A stretch of 64,000 bases of DNA, from positions 1 to 64,000 of the forward strand of contig CAWALK010000011.1 in NCBI GenBank assembly GCA_963782915.1, given 5' to 3'. The DNA is from an uncultured archaeon. Lineage in GTDB: Archaea > Thermoproteota > Bathyarchaeia > Bathyarchaeales > Bathycorpusculaceae. Numbering within the stretch: position 1 is the first letter of the stretch; every line of letters starts with the position of its first letter. A program made the position numbers and the translations under genes. Shown here piece after piece: positions 30,232 through 40,540 of this stretch. The notes beneath the pieces were generated by a model, which did not search any database, was not told the DNA's origin, and saw only the letters and a list, made by a program, of their open reading frames with translations.

Positions 30232-31314
30232 ATGCAGAGCCAAAAGCAAGACAGCCAATCCGCCATTTCAGTAGATTTAATCCGAGTGGCAGCGGTACTA
30301 GGCGTGCTCTTGCTTCATTCAGCCAACGATTTAACCCTCCAAACCATGAGTGACCTTGAGATTTGGCGTTGGTGCGTCGTCGACATCTACCAAAGCATCG
30401 GGCGCATGGGTGTACCATTGTTTGTCATGTTAACCGGGGCTTTGCTTCTTGCGCCCTCTAAGAAAGATGAGGAGTTAGGGTTCTTTTTCAAGAAACGTTT
30501 CAGCCGCATCGGTTTGCCCTTTCTGTTTTGGGGAGTCACCTATTTCCTCTGGGACATCTACGTTGAAAACCAGCCGTTTACACAGAGCTTCATAGTCAAC
30601 GGAATCTTAACCGGACCATACTTCACTTTCTGGTACCTCTACATGCTTGTGGGCTTGTATTTGGTTACGCCGATGCTCCGCGTCATGGTCGCTCATTTCA
30701 GCGAGAAACTCTACAAGTACTTCATGGTTGTCTGGATCGCCGGCACAGCGCTGATACCGCTCATCGGCTTAGTGAGCGCGTACAGTTATCATTTGGATGC
30801 TAACGTGTTTGTTATTCCCCAGTATGTAGGCTACTTCGTCATAGGCGCATACCTTGTTAATGTGCATGTTCGCCGCCGAATTCTCGTAGCACTGACAGCT
30901 TTGGGCATTGCGTTGACTGCGATTGGCACATACTATATGGCCATGATTGTAGGCGGCGGAACCACCTATTTCTTCCAGGAATATGTTAGCCCAACGATGA
31001 TTTTGGCTGCCGTGCCCTTTTTCCTGTTACTCAACAGCTACGCTAAACCGTGTACAGCGCAGGAGCAGTCGGTGAAGCCCTCGTGGAAACAGCGCATCAT
31101 GCATGTTATAAGCGAGAATACGTTGCCGATTTTCCTGTTCCATATGATCGTGATTTATACGCTCCAAAATGGTTTGCTGGGCGTTACGTTGAACGGCAAC
31201 AGCGTGAACTCTATCGTCGGAGTTCCGTTGATGGCGGCGATAACTTTGGTGCTGTGCCTAGCGGTGATTGTGCCACTCAAAAAACTACCCGTAGTGAAGA
31301 AACTCATCGGTTAA
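30232..31314 (+). CDS. Acyltransferase family 3 membrane protein (YiaH/OafA-like)
   Basis: DLIRV.A, VPLFVMLTGALLL, KRFSRIGLPF, WYLYML, IFLFH. Confidence 0.85.
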   Translation: MQSQKQDSQSAISVDLIRVAAVLGVLLLHSANDLTLQTMSDLEIWRWCVVDIYQSIGRMGVPLFVMLTGALLLAPSKKDEELGFFFKKRFSRIGLPFLFWGVTYFLWDIYVENQPFTQSFIVNGILTGPYFTFWYLYMLVGLYLVTPMLRVMVAHFSEKLYKYFMVVWIAGTALIPLIGLVSAYSYHLDANVFVIPQYVGYFVIGAYLVNVHVRRRILVALTALGIALTAIGTYYMAMIVGGGTTYFFQEYVSPTMILAAVPFFLLLNSYAKPCTAQEQSVKPSWKQRIMHVISENTLPIFLFHMIVIYTLQNGLLGVTLNGNSVNSIVGVPLMAAITLVLCLAVIVPLKKLPVVKKLIG

Positions 31315-31417
31315 GCCCCAAGATTGGAAACTTTGGCCGTATCTGTGGAAGAACGCTTATTAGGTAAAAAGCTGAACCTCTAACAATAAATAAAGCCGCA
31401 CTTAATTGAATCGGTGC

Positions 31418-31490
31418 AGCCCGGTGGTGTAGTGGTCAAGCATAGAGGGCTTTGGACCCCCTGACGAGAGTTCGAATCTCTCCCGGGCTA
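31418..31490 (+). tRNA. tRNA-Gln(TTG), intronless, CCA not encoded
   Basis: AGCCCGG/CCGGGCT acceptor stem, anticodon loop CT-TTG-GA, T-arm GAGAG-TTCGAAT-CTCTC. Confidence 0.93.
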
Positions 31491-31803
31491 CTTTTAATAT
31501 TTCATTTGGTTGTTGCTTTTTGATCCCTTTATTTGTGTGGCAACTAACAACTTTCCAACACGTGCTTGACTGAAAGCTGTGTTTTGGTGTACCACGGGTT
31601 TTAGCTGTTGGAGACTGGTTGCGGATGACTTTTGCAAGCAGCACTGGTTCGGCTATATCGTATGCGATTATGGGACCTACCTACCTCGGAGCACCTACCC
31701 CTTTTCCTCCACAAGAACAGCAAATAACGGCTATTTTTTTGCGGTTATTTCGGGGTTTGGTTGCAGGTTAGTTGAGGAGCAACTTCAAGCAGACCAGCTA
31801 AAA

Positions 31804-32020
31804 TCTTTTGCTCTGAGGGCCCTATCCCCCTTATTTATAGGCTAAACAACTGCTAGCTAAATCTTGGCGCATCCATGCGTTCATTGGGCAGCAGTAATCC
31901 AGCGGCTACATTATATAGGGGCAATGCTTCTTTTCTATGCAGTTATTTTGAGACGTATCTTTAATTTCGGCGTGTGTGCGTCTGTTGCTCTGCCAAGGAC
32001 CCCCCTCCCCTATATATAGA
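31804..32020 (+). repeat. Dispersed bipartite non-coding element, copy 2
   Basis: CCTATCCCCCTTATTTATAGGCTAAACA (31821) ... TCTGTTGCTCTGCCAAGGACCCCCCTCCCCTATATATAGA (31981-32020). Confidence 0.75.
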
Positions 32021-32421
32021 TCGGCAAATGCAGGCTTGCCGATGGTTGTCTCTTTAGGAATGTGCAGAATTCAAGAGGAGTTATGTGCATACGTATTATA
32101 GAGCAATTGTTTCTTGAGCGTTTGCGGCAATCATAATCGAGTTTATGGCGGAGTCTTTGGTAGTGAATATTGAAAACAGAGCTGCCGGGATTGCGTCAAC
32201 TTGCTGTCTTCTCAAAGAGTTGAGGCTAACCTACTTAAGCCATTAATCCGTATGTTTATGCAATTAGTGGTAATAACCTATTCATAACATTGTGGCAATA
32301 AACTATGAGCAGTGAAGAGCAAAAAAGCCACAACCAGACCCAAAGAAGCCAGCCAAGTAAAGCGGTAAAGGTGCAATAAAAATTTGATCCGTAATAAACA
32401 ACTTCGAAAGGAGAATTAGCC

Positions 32422-33506
32422 ATGTCCATTTTCGCGTTCGATAACGAAACGTTAGATATGATTCGTTATATCTTGGCAATGCAACGCTTCAAAGAGTACT
32501 CGATTGGGCCGCAACGGCTAAACGCATACCTCTGCGCATTATCCTTCGAAAGAGTCCTAATCCGCACAGCCCAAAAATTACCGAAATTCCAAAAAGAAAA
32601 CCCCCAAGACCTGCGAATGTATGACATCATCCGGTTCTTAGCACAAAAAAACCTGGTTAGCCCCAAATTAGCCAATGAACTAAGCGAATACACCGCTTTC
32701 CATGACTCATTAATGTATACATCTCAAATGACCCCAGAGAAGACGAATTCTAAAGCCCAAGAAATCCTGCAGTTCCTCTGCACAGAAGCAGGCATAAATC
32801 GAGATGAAGAACTTAAAAAAAGAATATTCGAGGAAATCGCAACCCTCAAAACAGAACAATCCGAAAATGCAAAATATGAAATTGATGAATCGGATTTTGA
32901 CAACCTCGACCAACTCTACGAGAAAACCTCCTTTATTCAGCGGGAAATAGAAAAAAAGTTGACGGTGCCATTGAAGAGGGCGCAAATATCGGGTTTCGCT
33001 CCTAACACCGGCGGAATATGGCTTCCTTATGTAACACATGAAACACCCGATAAAAGAGGACACATCGATAGAGCAAGTATCGGAGTATCCTTTACCCCCA
33101 CCGAGGTTAGAATAGGCTTGAATTTCGGCAGCCAAGCACACAAATACAGAATAAAATATTACGAATTGCTTTTGAACGGAGAATTAACGAATGAACTGGA
33201 ATCTCTCAATCGCAAAGCCACAGGATACTGCCTCTGTGACACCTTTTGGCATTACCACATAAGAAATACACAATCTCTTCAATGGCTCCTAACACTTTAT
33301 GGCACAACTAAGCTTGCTATCGAAAACGTTATTGAAGAAACCAAGCAACTTGAAGCAACGCCTCTAACGGCACATAGATACTTAGTCAGTAAGGTAATTA
33401 ACGAAGACCCGAAGATTTTACCTATGTTGTTAAGGGGCTTGTTGATGAGATAGCGAAGGATTTGAATGAGCTTTACCCGGTAATAGCATTGATTGACAAA
33501 ACGTAA
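32422..33506 (+). CDS. Hypothetical protein, probable frameshift near 33403
   Basis: GGAG RBS plus ATG; 343-aa ORF; alternative frame continues RPEDFTYVVKGLVDEIAKDLNELYPVIALIDKT-stop. Confidence 0.7.
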
Positions 33507-33620
33507 CCGTATTTTGAATAGAAGTAAAACATCCAAAACAAGTCTACCCTCTCTATTGGGAAAACCATACCTAAAACTTTTTGAAGGGTCAAGTTGTTCA
33601 TTTATAAAGGATCAATCTTG

Positions 33621-33791
33621 ATGGATAAAGATAAAATTAAAGATGAACTTTGCACGTGTGGCCATTTGAAAAGTGAGCATTCGTATTTTTTAGATAGAGT
33701 ATGTAATAAACCTAAATGTGAATGTTACAAGTTTGTTTTGAAAAAGGAAGAACAAAAACCTGATTTTTCAAAACTCGTGTCCAAAAACTAA
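33621..33791 (+). CDS. Small Cys/His zinc-finger-like protein
   Basis: CTCGHLKSEH...CNKPKCECYKF. Confidence 0.55.
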   Translation: MDKDKIKDELCTCGHLKSEHSYFLDRVCNKPKCECYKFVLKKEEQKPDFSKLVSKN

Positions 33792-33826
33792 AAAAATCTA
33801 AATGATGATGCTAAGAGGTTCAATAA

Positions 33827-34186
33827 ATGGTAAAAATCAATCTGTTGACCTATTTGACATTCAATTTGAACATGCTTGTTGACAAAGGAAAAAGTATGAC
33901 GTTAACAGAGACCAGACAATTGTGTCAAGAAAAAACAATCCTTCATGAGTTGCAAGAGCGATTTCCTTTTGGGGAAACACGACTTGACTTATCTTTATTG
34001 AAACTGCAGCCTGATGACGAAGCAGAAATTGAAAACGTTTTATATAATATGGCTACGTCATTAAAAGACAGCGAAATGCTTGTGGGAAACAACGGTTTAT
34101 GTCTGTTAATTGCATACGCTCAGGAGCAGATTCAAAGAGAAGCAAGGAAATTCGAAGAGAAAAGCAGCGAAAAAACCATTACTTGA
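33827..34186 (+). CDS. Hypothetical protein
   Basis: 119-aa ORF with protein-like composition. Confidence 0.6.
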   Translation: MVKINLLTYLTFNLNMLVDKGKSMTLTETRQLCQEKTILHELQERFPFGETRLDLSLLKLQPDDEAEIENVLYNMATSLKDSEMLVGNNGLCLLIAYAQEQIQREARKFEEKSSEKTIT

Positions 34187-34220
34187 CGCAATGACCTTTT
34201 CCCACGGCTAGGTGTACCCC
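34168..34220 (+). repeat. Gene-end direct repeat R1 (second copy 35656..35707)
   Basis: CGAAAAAACCATTACTTGACGCAATGACCTTTTCCCACGGCTAGGTGTACCCC vs CGAAAAACCAGTAACTTGAAGCAATGATCTTTTTCCATGACTATGTTACCCC. Confidence 0.65.
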
Positions 34221-34314
34221 ACCCTTTATTTGTTTGGTCAAGAAACGTTGACCACAGTTAGTCAAATATCTTTTACTGGAAGCTTTTTATCGCAAAGATT
34301 TCCTTTGTTTAAGT

Positions 34315-35682
34315 ATGAAACTTCTAAGCAATGATTGCTTTACATTATTTCTAATTTTTACAATCGTAAGTATTTCAGTAGTTGCTTTTATCCCTCTTGG
34401 GTTAGCTCAAAATGGCTCAAGCGTAGGTGGCATCATCAGTTCTGATTCCACTTGGACAAAAAGCGGCAGCCCTTACAGTTTTACGGCAAATGTTCTAGTG
34501 GAAAATGGAGTTACGTTAACCATAGATGCTGGTGTGGTTGTCAACCTCAATAGCTACTATATTTTGGTTAATGGCACATTGAGGGCAAGGGGCAGTCAAA
34601 ATAATCCTATATACTTCAACAACGGAATTAATAACTACCCAAATGCCGCTATCACGTTTGGGCAGGGAAGCGTAAACTGGAATCAACAGACAGGAATGGG
34701 CTCAATAATTGAAAATGCTGTTCTTAACTCAAGTAGCATTCAATGCCAACAAGGAGCATCGCCAAAAATAAACAATGACACGATATATGGTGAAATCGGA
34801 TATCTTAACGGCTCCCCCATAATATCTAACAGCACTATTTTTGGTTTGATAAGCGATATTTCGGTTCAGGCATCACCTATAATTGAAAACAACGTAATCA
34901 ATGGTTACATAAATGATGCAGGGGGAGGGTCATCCACAATTTCGGGCAACACCATTTTTGGCGGCATTGGCTCTGACCAATATAATCGTCCTCTTTACCA
35001 AAATTGGGCAATAGTGACAGGTGGTGGTATAGGTAATTCTAATGTAAATAACGCCTACATTGCTAACAATACAATATACGGCTTCTTTACTGATGCAGCT
35101 ATTTCTGTAGAGGCGGGTACTCCTAACATTATCGATAACTCAATTAGCAATACATTGGGTGGTGGAGCGTATAATTACGGTATTAATGTTGGCATTAAAG
35201 TTGGGAATGCAAATCCGATGATTAAAAACAACACGATAACTCAATGCGCTTATGGAATTACTACTTCTTCTACCCTCACGATCAGCTACAACAATATTTT
35301 CAATAATTCACTAAACATTAAACTAATGGCTGGTGGAAGTGGCAACGTTACGGCTGCATACAATTGGTGGGGAACAACTGATATACAAGCCATTAGCAAG
35401 TCAATTTATGATTTTAAGAACGACTTCAACTTGGGCAACGTTAACTTTCTTCCAATTCTAACTTCGCCTAACCTTGAAGCCCATTATTTTAGCCCTTCAA
35501 CCTCAAATCCTGCAAATCAACCTTCTTCAACGCCATCCACTATGCCAACTCAAACGCCTTCCATCACCACAACCCCAACCGTTCCAGAGTTATCTTGGTT
35601 AGTAATCATGCCTTTGTTAATTACCGTACTCTGTATTGCCCTGATATTTAGGCATCGAAAAACCAGTAACTTGAAGCAATGA
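34315..35682 (+). CDS. Secreted right-handed beta-helix (NosD/pectin lyase-like) surface protein with VPEL-TM-basic tail
   Basis: Signal peptide, WTKSGSPY, repeated I.NN.I, NWWGTTD, TPTVPELSW-TM-RHRK. Confidence 0.8.
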   Translation: MKLLSNDCFTLFLIFTIVSISVVAFIPLGLAQNGSSVGGIISSDSTWTKSGSPYSFTANVLVENGVTLTIDAGVVVNLNSYYILVNGTLRARGSQNNPIYFNNGINNYPNAAITFGQGSVNWNQQTGMGSIIENAVLNSSSIQCQQGASPKINNDTIYGEIGYLNGSPIISNSTIFGLISDISVQASPIIENNVINGYINDAGGGSSTISGNTIFGGIGSDQYNRPLYQNWAIVTGGGIGNSNVNNAYIANNTIYGFFTDAAISVEAGTPNIIDNSISNTLGGGAYNYGINVGIKVGNANPMIKNNTITQCAYGITTSSTLTISYNNIFNNSLNIKLMAGGSGNVTAAYNWWGTTDIQAISKSIYDFKNDFNLGNVNFLPILTSPNLEAHYFSPSTSNPANQPSSTPSTMPTQTPSITTTPTVPELSWLVIMPLLITVLCIALIFRHRKTSNLKQ

Positions 35683-35782
35683 TCTTTTTCCATGACTATG
35701 TTACCCCTTGATTTTCTGCCCTGCTAAACAGCCCGCTAAAAAACAAGCCATGATAGTAAACTATTATTGAAAGTTTCGACCT

Positions 35783-36592
35783 TTGCTAATTATGAGACTT
35801 TTAAGCAAAACATTCTGCCTTCTCTTCCTAGTTTTGTTAGCTGCCTCAAGCCTAACTATGATTAAACCAACTATTGCTCAGTCAACATCTAAGCCTTCTG
35901 TACCAGAATTCACCGTCAAATACGTTGACTATTCATACGATGTTCCAGCTACTTACGGAATAGACCAATACACAGGAAAAAATGTCACAAAAAGCGAGGG
36001 TTACCACGTAGACAATAGGTCTATTGAATTTACAATTAAGAACCAACAATTTACTCCGTATACTGATTCAAACGGTAACAACATCAAGCAGTATTATAAT
36101 TTCAGGTTTAAGGGGAATTACGGGGATGTTTGGACTTATTACCCTCTGGACTCTAACGGGCGGTCTGTCTTTCACTACGGGGGAATATTCGTTGAAGTGA
36201 CCCCAGTAGCATATGCCGCTTCGAACTCTACTTACACGGTATTATTACTTAGTTCAAGCCTTCTCGGACCAGGTTATGGTCAAAAGCTTCCCGACGGTGT
36301 TCAAGTTAATTTTCAAGTACAAGCATTAGTAGGGTATTTTGTAGTAAACGAATATGGCTATTTCATTCTAACGGGGGAATCAAGCGATTGGAGTAGTACA
36401 CAAATAGTTACCATAGGTGAAACGTCCACTTCCACGAATCCAACACAATCTCCAACTAATACTATATCACCAACCCCAACTCCCACCGTTCCAGAGTTAT
36501 CTTGGGTGGTAATCATACCATTGATGGTTTCTGTACTGTTTATTGCCATTACAGTTAGGCTTCGAAAAACAAGTCAAGTCAGCGTTTCTTGA
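35783..36592 (+). CDS. Secreted surface protein with VPEL-TM-basic tail
   Basis: Signal peptide, KPSVPEFTV, FQVQALVG, SDWS.TQ, TPTVPELSW-TM-RLRK. Confidence 0.8.
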   Translation: MLIMRLLSKTFCLLFLVLLAASSLTMIKPTIAQSTSKPSVPEFTVKYVDYSYDVPATYGIDQYTGKNVTKSEGYHVDNRSIEFTIKNQQFTPYTDSNGNNIKQYYNFRFKGNYGDVWTYYPLDSNGRSVFHYGGIFVEVTPVAYAASNSTYTVLLLSSSLLGPGYGQKLPDGVQVNFQVQALVGYFVVNEYGYFILTGESSDWSSTQIVTIGETSTSTNPTQSPTNTISPTPTPTVPELSWVVIIPLMVSVLFIAITVRLRKTSQVSVS

Positions 36593-37565
36593 GCAAAAAC
36601 AGACCTACAACGCAGACAGCCACTGCTATCGCTATCGGCAGAAGAATCCATGTGGGTAAACCGTCTTGTTCGGTGGCTTGTATGGTTGTTGGGGGCGTGG
36701 TGGATGATGGCGGCGGGGTTGTTATGGCAGAGGGAGTTGCCGTTGCCGTAGTGAGTAGGGGGAATTGTTGATGTTTTCTGGGTCGGTGCGGGAGTTAAAT
36801 CGTTACCGGATGAAGTTTGCGGTGGAGATGTTGGGTTGGGGGTAAACCATGAATCGGCATCCGAAATATCCAATCGGACGTTATCAACGGCTATTTCCTG
36901 CTGGCCAACGCAGTTGCTCCACCAATCTTCCCCGAGCCCCGACATTAGACTAATCGGGTGATTCCTATCGGTAAACTGCTGCTGAGTCGCGCTGATCACA
37001 ACTTTATCATTAACAGCCAATGTTACTAGCCCAGCTGAATTATCAACGGTCAAAACAATATGGTACCAAGTATTGCTGGTTGCGGTGTTGAACCAGAGGT
37101 TTGGAAGACGTAGGTGTAAGTTAGGTTTCCGCCTATCCAAAGCGACCAAACACTTGAGCCATCGATTCCCACGCCGACATTACCATAGTTTCCCGCTAAG
37201 TCGGTTGAGTCGCAGATATAGAGGAAAAATATTGCGCCGTTTCCCTCTATGCAACCACTGGGAATTTTGGTGACGAGGATGTCTTGTGTTGCGATTATTG
37301 TGCTGTTGGGTGTGGAGGTGAAGCCTTCTTTTATGATGGCGGAGTAAGTGACGGTTCCTCCGGCTGGTGTTGGAACAACAAAATGGGCGGCCCCGTTGGT
37401 TACGGTTTGGCTGGAACCGGGGCTGAGGCTTGTTTTCCAGTTAGCAAAGTTGCCGCTTGAGAAATCATCCGAAAACACGGTTGGCGCACTCACTACACTT
37501 GCAACCACAAATATTGAGACGGAGATTAAGGCCACTGCAAGGAGCGCTAACAATTTCTTATTCAT
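36579..37565 (-). CDS. Secreted concanavalin/LamG-like surface protein, two apparent frameshifts (near 37085 and 36755)
   Basis: MNKKLL signal peptide, FSDDFSSGNF, NTWYHIVLTV; third frame gives TP linker and TM ending LFLLKKR-stop. Confidence 0.65.
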
Positions 37566-37676
37566 ACCTACACCCATAAAAAACAAGCGTTTCTGAACAT
37601 CAGAAGTAGAACTGTTAATACAATTACAGTTGCTTCAATAATTTAAACTGACTGCCAAGCAATCTGAAGAAAAAGG

Positions 37677-39124
37677 TTACTGTTTTTTAGCGAATTTTCT
37701 ATCAACTGAGACCAGAAGTATAATTACCCACATTATGCCTAAGCCGATCACTACCAGTTTGGCCAGGTTCATGATGTCGAATTGAGCGAAGGTTTCTTCC
37801 CATGTGGAGCTGCCTATCGATAGGGGAGAGCCGGGGATAACTTTCGGCGTGGGAACCGGTGTTGGCGCTTCGGTTGGTGGTGGTGTTGGGTCAGGGGTTG
37901 GTTGTGTTGGCGTGTTTGTGGGGGTAATGGTTGGAGTTAGTGTTGGTGTCGGATAAGGCGTGTAAGTTGGATAAGGAGTCGTTGATGGTGACGGAACGGG
38001 ACTTGGTGTTACAAAAGGCGTTGGGGTTGGGGCAGGGTCAACTGTTATGCTGTTAATGTCTGGTGCAAAGGGGTTTGGGTCTGAAAGATAGGGTATGAAG
38101 GTTACGTTGCCGCCTGATTGGGCTATTGTGATTGTTAAGTTGATTGATGATGGCGTCTGTGCTTCCCCACCAATTATTTGAGGCGGTAAAGTTTGTGCTT
38201 GGCAAAAGTCGAAAGTTCGCTGGGTTGCTAAAAAAGTTGTTATAAGTAATGTTTGCGGTGTAGTTGTGGTTATAACTGAAATTCCCACTACCGTGTTGCC
38301 GCCGATAGTGTTGTTTAGTTATTGTTCCGCCTCCTCTGATGCCATAGTATTTTTTGCGATTGTGTTATTTTGAATAATGGGGTTGGTTTGCGGCGGTTGT
38401 CATGATTCCATATGTGTTTAGGGTGATTAGGTTACCCGTGATGTCTGCGTTACTTGTACATAGATGCCTGTGCTGCAACCGGTGATGTTGTTGTTTATGA
38501 TTATGGCTGGGCTTGCAGCGTAGATGCCATAGTTACCGGAGGATTTGATGTAATTCTCGGAGATGGTTGGCGAGGTGAGCCAGCGCTTATGTAGATAGCG
38601 GTGTTCGAACAATCGAAAATGTTTCTGTAAACTGTCGATGAGCTATTACTAGAGATGAAGCGCCGTATAAGTTGCTGGCGGTGAATAAGCTGTTACTGAT
38701 TTTTGGGGAACAATTAGTTACAGATACACGGGTGGAGCTTAACACAGCATTATCAATGATGCATCCGCTGTTGGTGGTTTCGTTCCAATTTGGGCTCGAT
38801 TGGAAATAGACACTACTCGAAGTGTAAGAGGCTGAGGAGTAAAGAACAATTTTGTTATCGCTTGTGCCTTGGCAGTTAAGTGTGCCATACACATAAATGC
38901 TATAGGTGTATAGGTCGACGACTGTTCCGGGCTCAATCGTTAAGGTTATACCGGGGTTAATGCTTAGGTAACCGGTAAGTCTGTACGGACCCTCGTCTTT
39001 TGTCCAAGTGGTATTTTGGTTGATTAACCCAACATAGGTATATGCATCTACGTTGGAGACGCTCCAAAACATGGCACCCACTAATAGAATTAGAGCTAAC
39101 AGTGTCCATGCGATGCCGTCTCAT
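37677..39124 (-). CDS. Secreted beta-helix (NosD-like) surface protein broken into several frames (assembly errors or pseudogene)
   Basis: WTKDEGPY, LTIEPGTVV, GCIIDNA, I.NNNI repeats, TP linker and C-terminal TM spread over ORFs 38587..39081, 38427..38612 and 37677..38288. Confidence 0.6.
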
Positions 39125-39292
39125 GTTTCCACTAAGCTAGGAGTGGATAGATGCAGATTTAAAACTATCCAGAAATCCCCCTCCTGACAAGAAAGGATTT
39201 TATTTAAAATTCTGTGTTTTAGCTGTTCCAGATTAGGAACAAGTCTTGTCAAGAAAACTGAACAAAAACAGTTTTAACCACAAAAAAGCCAA

Positions 39293-40540
39293 GTGCTAAT
39301 AGAGGAAAACCAGTTGCCCAAAACAACACCTATTCTTGCCCTACTGTGCTTTCTACTGATAGTAACAATAACTTACCCAGTCATGCAGACACCAACAACT
39401 GCCCAAGTAGCCACTGAAGAAACCGCCCAACATTTTTTCAAAGACAACTTCGACGACAACACATTCGACTCAACCCTCTGGGAGAAAGTACAGGTAAACG
39501 GTGGAGAAGTTAATGAAAAGAATGGACAACTGCAGGTTACAGGACCTGATAGCGATAAAACATGGGATGACTGGTATTGGAGTCAAGCGGGGTATGTTAC
39601 AGAATACAATTATAATGTAAACTCGTTGGGTTTTGAGGCTTCAGTTAACGTTGTTGAGTTAGATGAGGTTTCAGAACTGGAACTTCTGATAAGTGACCAA
39701 AAAATAACTGACCGAGACCCTGTTAACGCCTCAAACTGGTATTTGATAAACAAAATATTAGACACCAAGTACCCACACGAGAACTTAACGCGAGTTGTAA
39801 GCCGAATAGAAGGCAACGTTTCATGGAAAGTTGAGGAGCCATGGATATCACCAACAGGTGAACTGAAAATTAAGGTGTCAACTGGCGCTATATCATTCTA
39901 TGAAAATGGTGTACTGCGGTATTCTGAACCATATGCCCTTCCATCAAAGGAATGCTATATCTACATCTATACTAGCAAATGGGGACACTACGCAGGCACC
40001 GATTGCTTTGACAATTTTGCGGTGTCACCTGCCAAAGGTTTTAGAGATGACTTCTGCGATGGAAACACAAACGGATGGATTATCGACAACGGCACATGGA
40101 TACCAGGCAACTATCAACTATGCGCCCTAAACGAGACCTCTCACATCCATATCAATACCCCATTCTCAGTCAACAAACACGTAAGAACTGACATTCAAAC
40201 GCTGGAAAGCTATGGTTCCACCACCTCTGTTGCAAGATTAATGGTTAAGGAGCAAGACGGAGATAACTTGATGTATGCCTTGATTGCCACCGATGGCACA
40301 GTGCAATTAGGCGTCGTGTATTGTGGAGTTGAAACAGTTTATCAGGCGCCATCTAATTTGAGCGCTTTTGAGAAGCATTCGTTGGCAGTGAGCAGTGTCG
40401 GCGATAACGTGAAAGTTTGGGTGGATGGGCAACAGTACATTGACCAAACAAACCCATATGTGGCATATCTTGCGGGTTACACTGGCTTGTACTGTGTAGA
40501 TTCAAGGGCATCGTTTGGATATGTTGCAGTTCTTAGTTAG
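39293..40540 (+). CDS. Secreted protein with two concanavalin-like beta-sandwich domains
   Basis: Signal peptide; repeated F.DNFDDN / FRDDFCDGN..GW starts; VKVWVDG. Confidence 0.65.
   Translation: MLIEENQLPKTTPILALLCFLLIVTITYPVMQTPTTAQVATEETAQHFFKDNFDDNTFDSTLWEKVQVNGGEVNEKNGQLQVTGPDSDKTWDDWYWSQAGYVTEYNYNVNSLGFEASVNVVELDEVSELELLISDQKITDRDPVNASNWYLINKILDTKYPHENLTRVVSRIEGNVSWKVEEPWISPTGELKIKVSTGAISFYENGVLRYSEPYALPSKECYIYIYTSKWGHYAGTDCFDNFAVSPAKGFRDDFCDGNTNGWIIDNGTWIPGNYQLCALNETSHIHINTPFSVNKHVRTDIQTLESYGSTTSVARLMVKEQDGDNLMYALIATDGTVQLGVVYCGVETVYQAPSNLSAFEKHSLAVSSVGDNVKVWVDGQQYIDQTNPYVAYLAGYTGLYCVDSRASFGYVAVLS

Noticed and set aside
36572-36599. Reverse-strand TTTTTGCTCAAGAAACGCTGAC resembling the 34235 palindrome with the same GAAACG spacer, suggesting an invertible segment
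   Set aside because: It is explained by the coding end LLKKR-stop of the 36579..37565 gene, and its right arm is poor, so it is not counted as independent evidence
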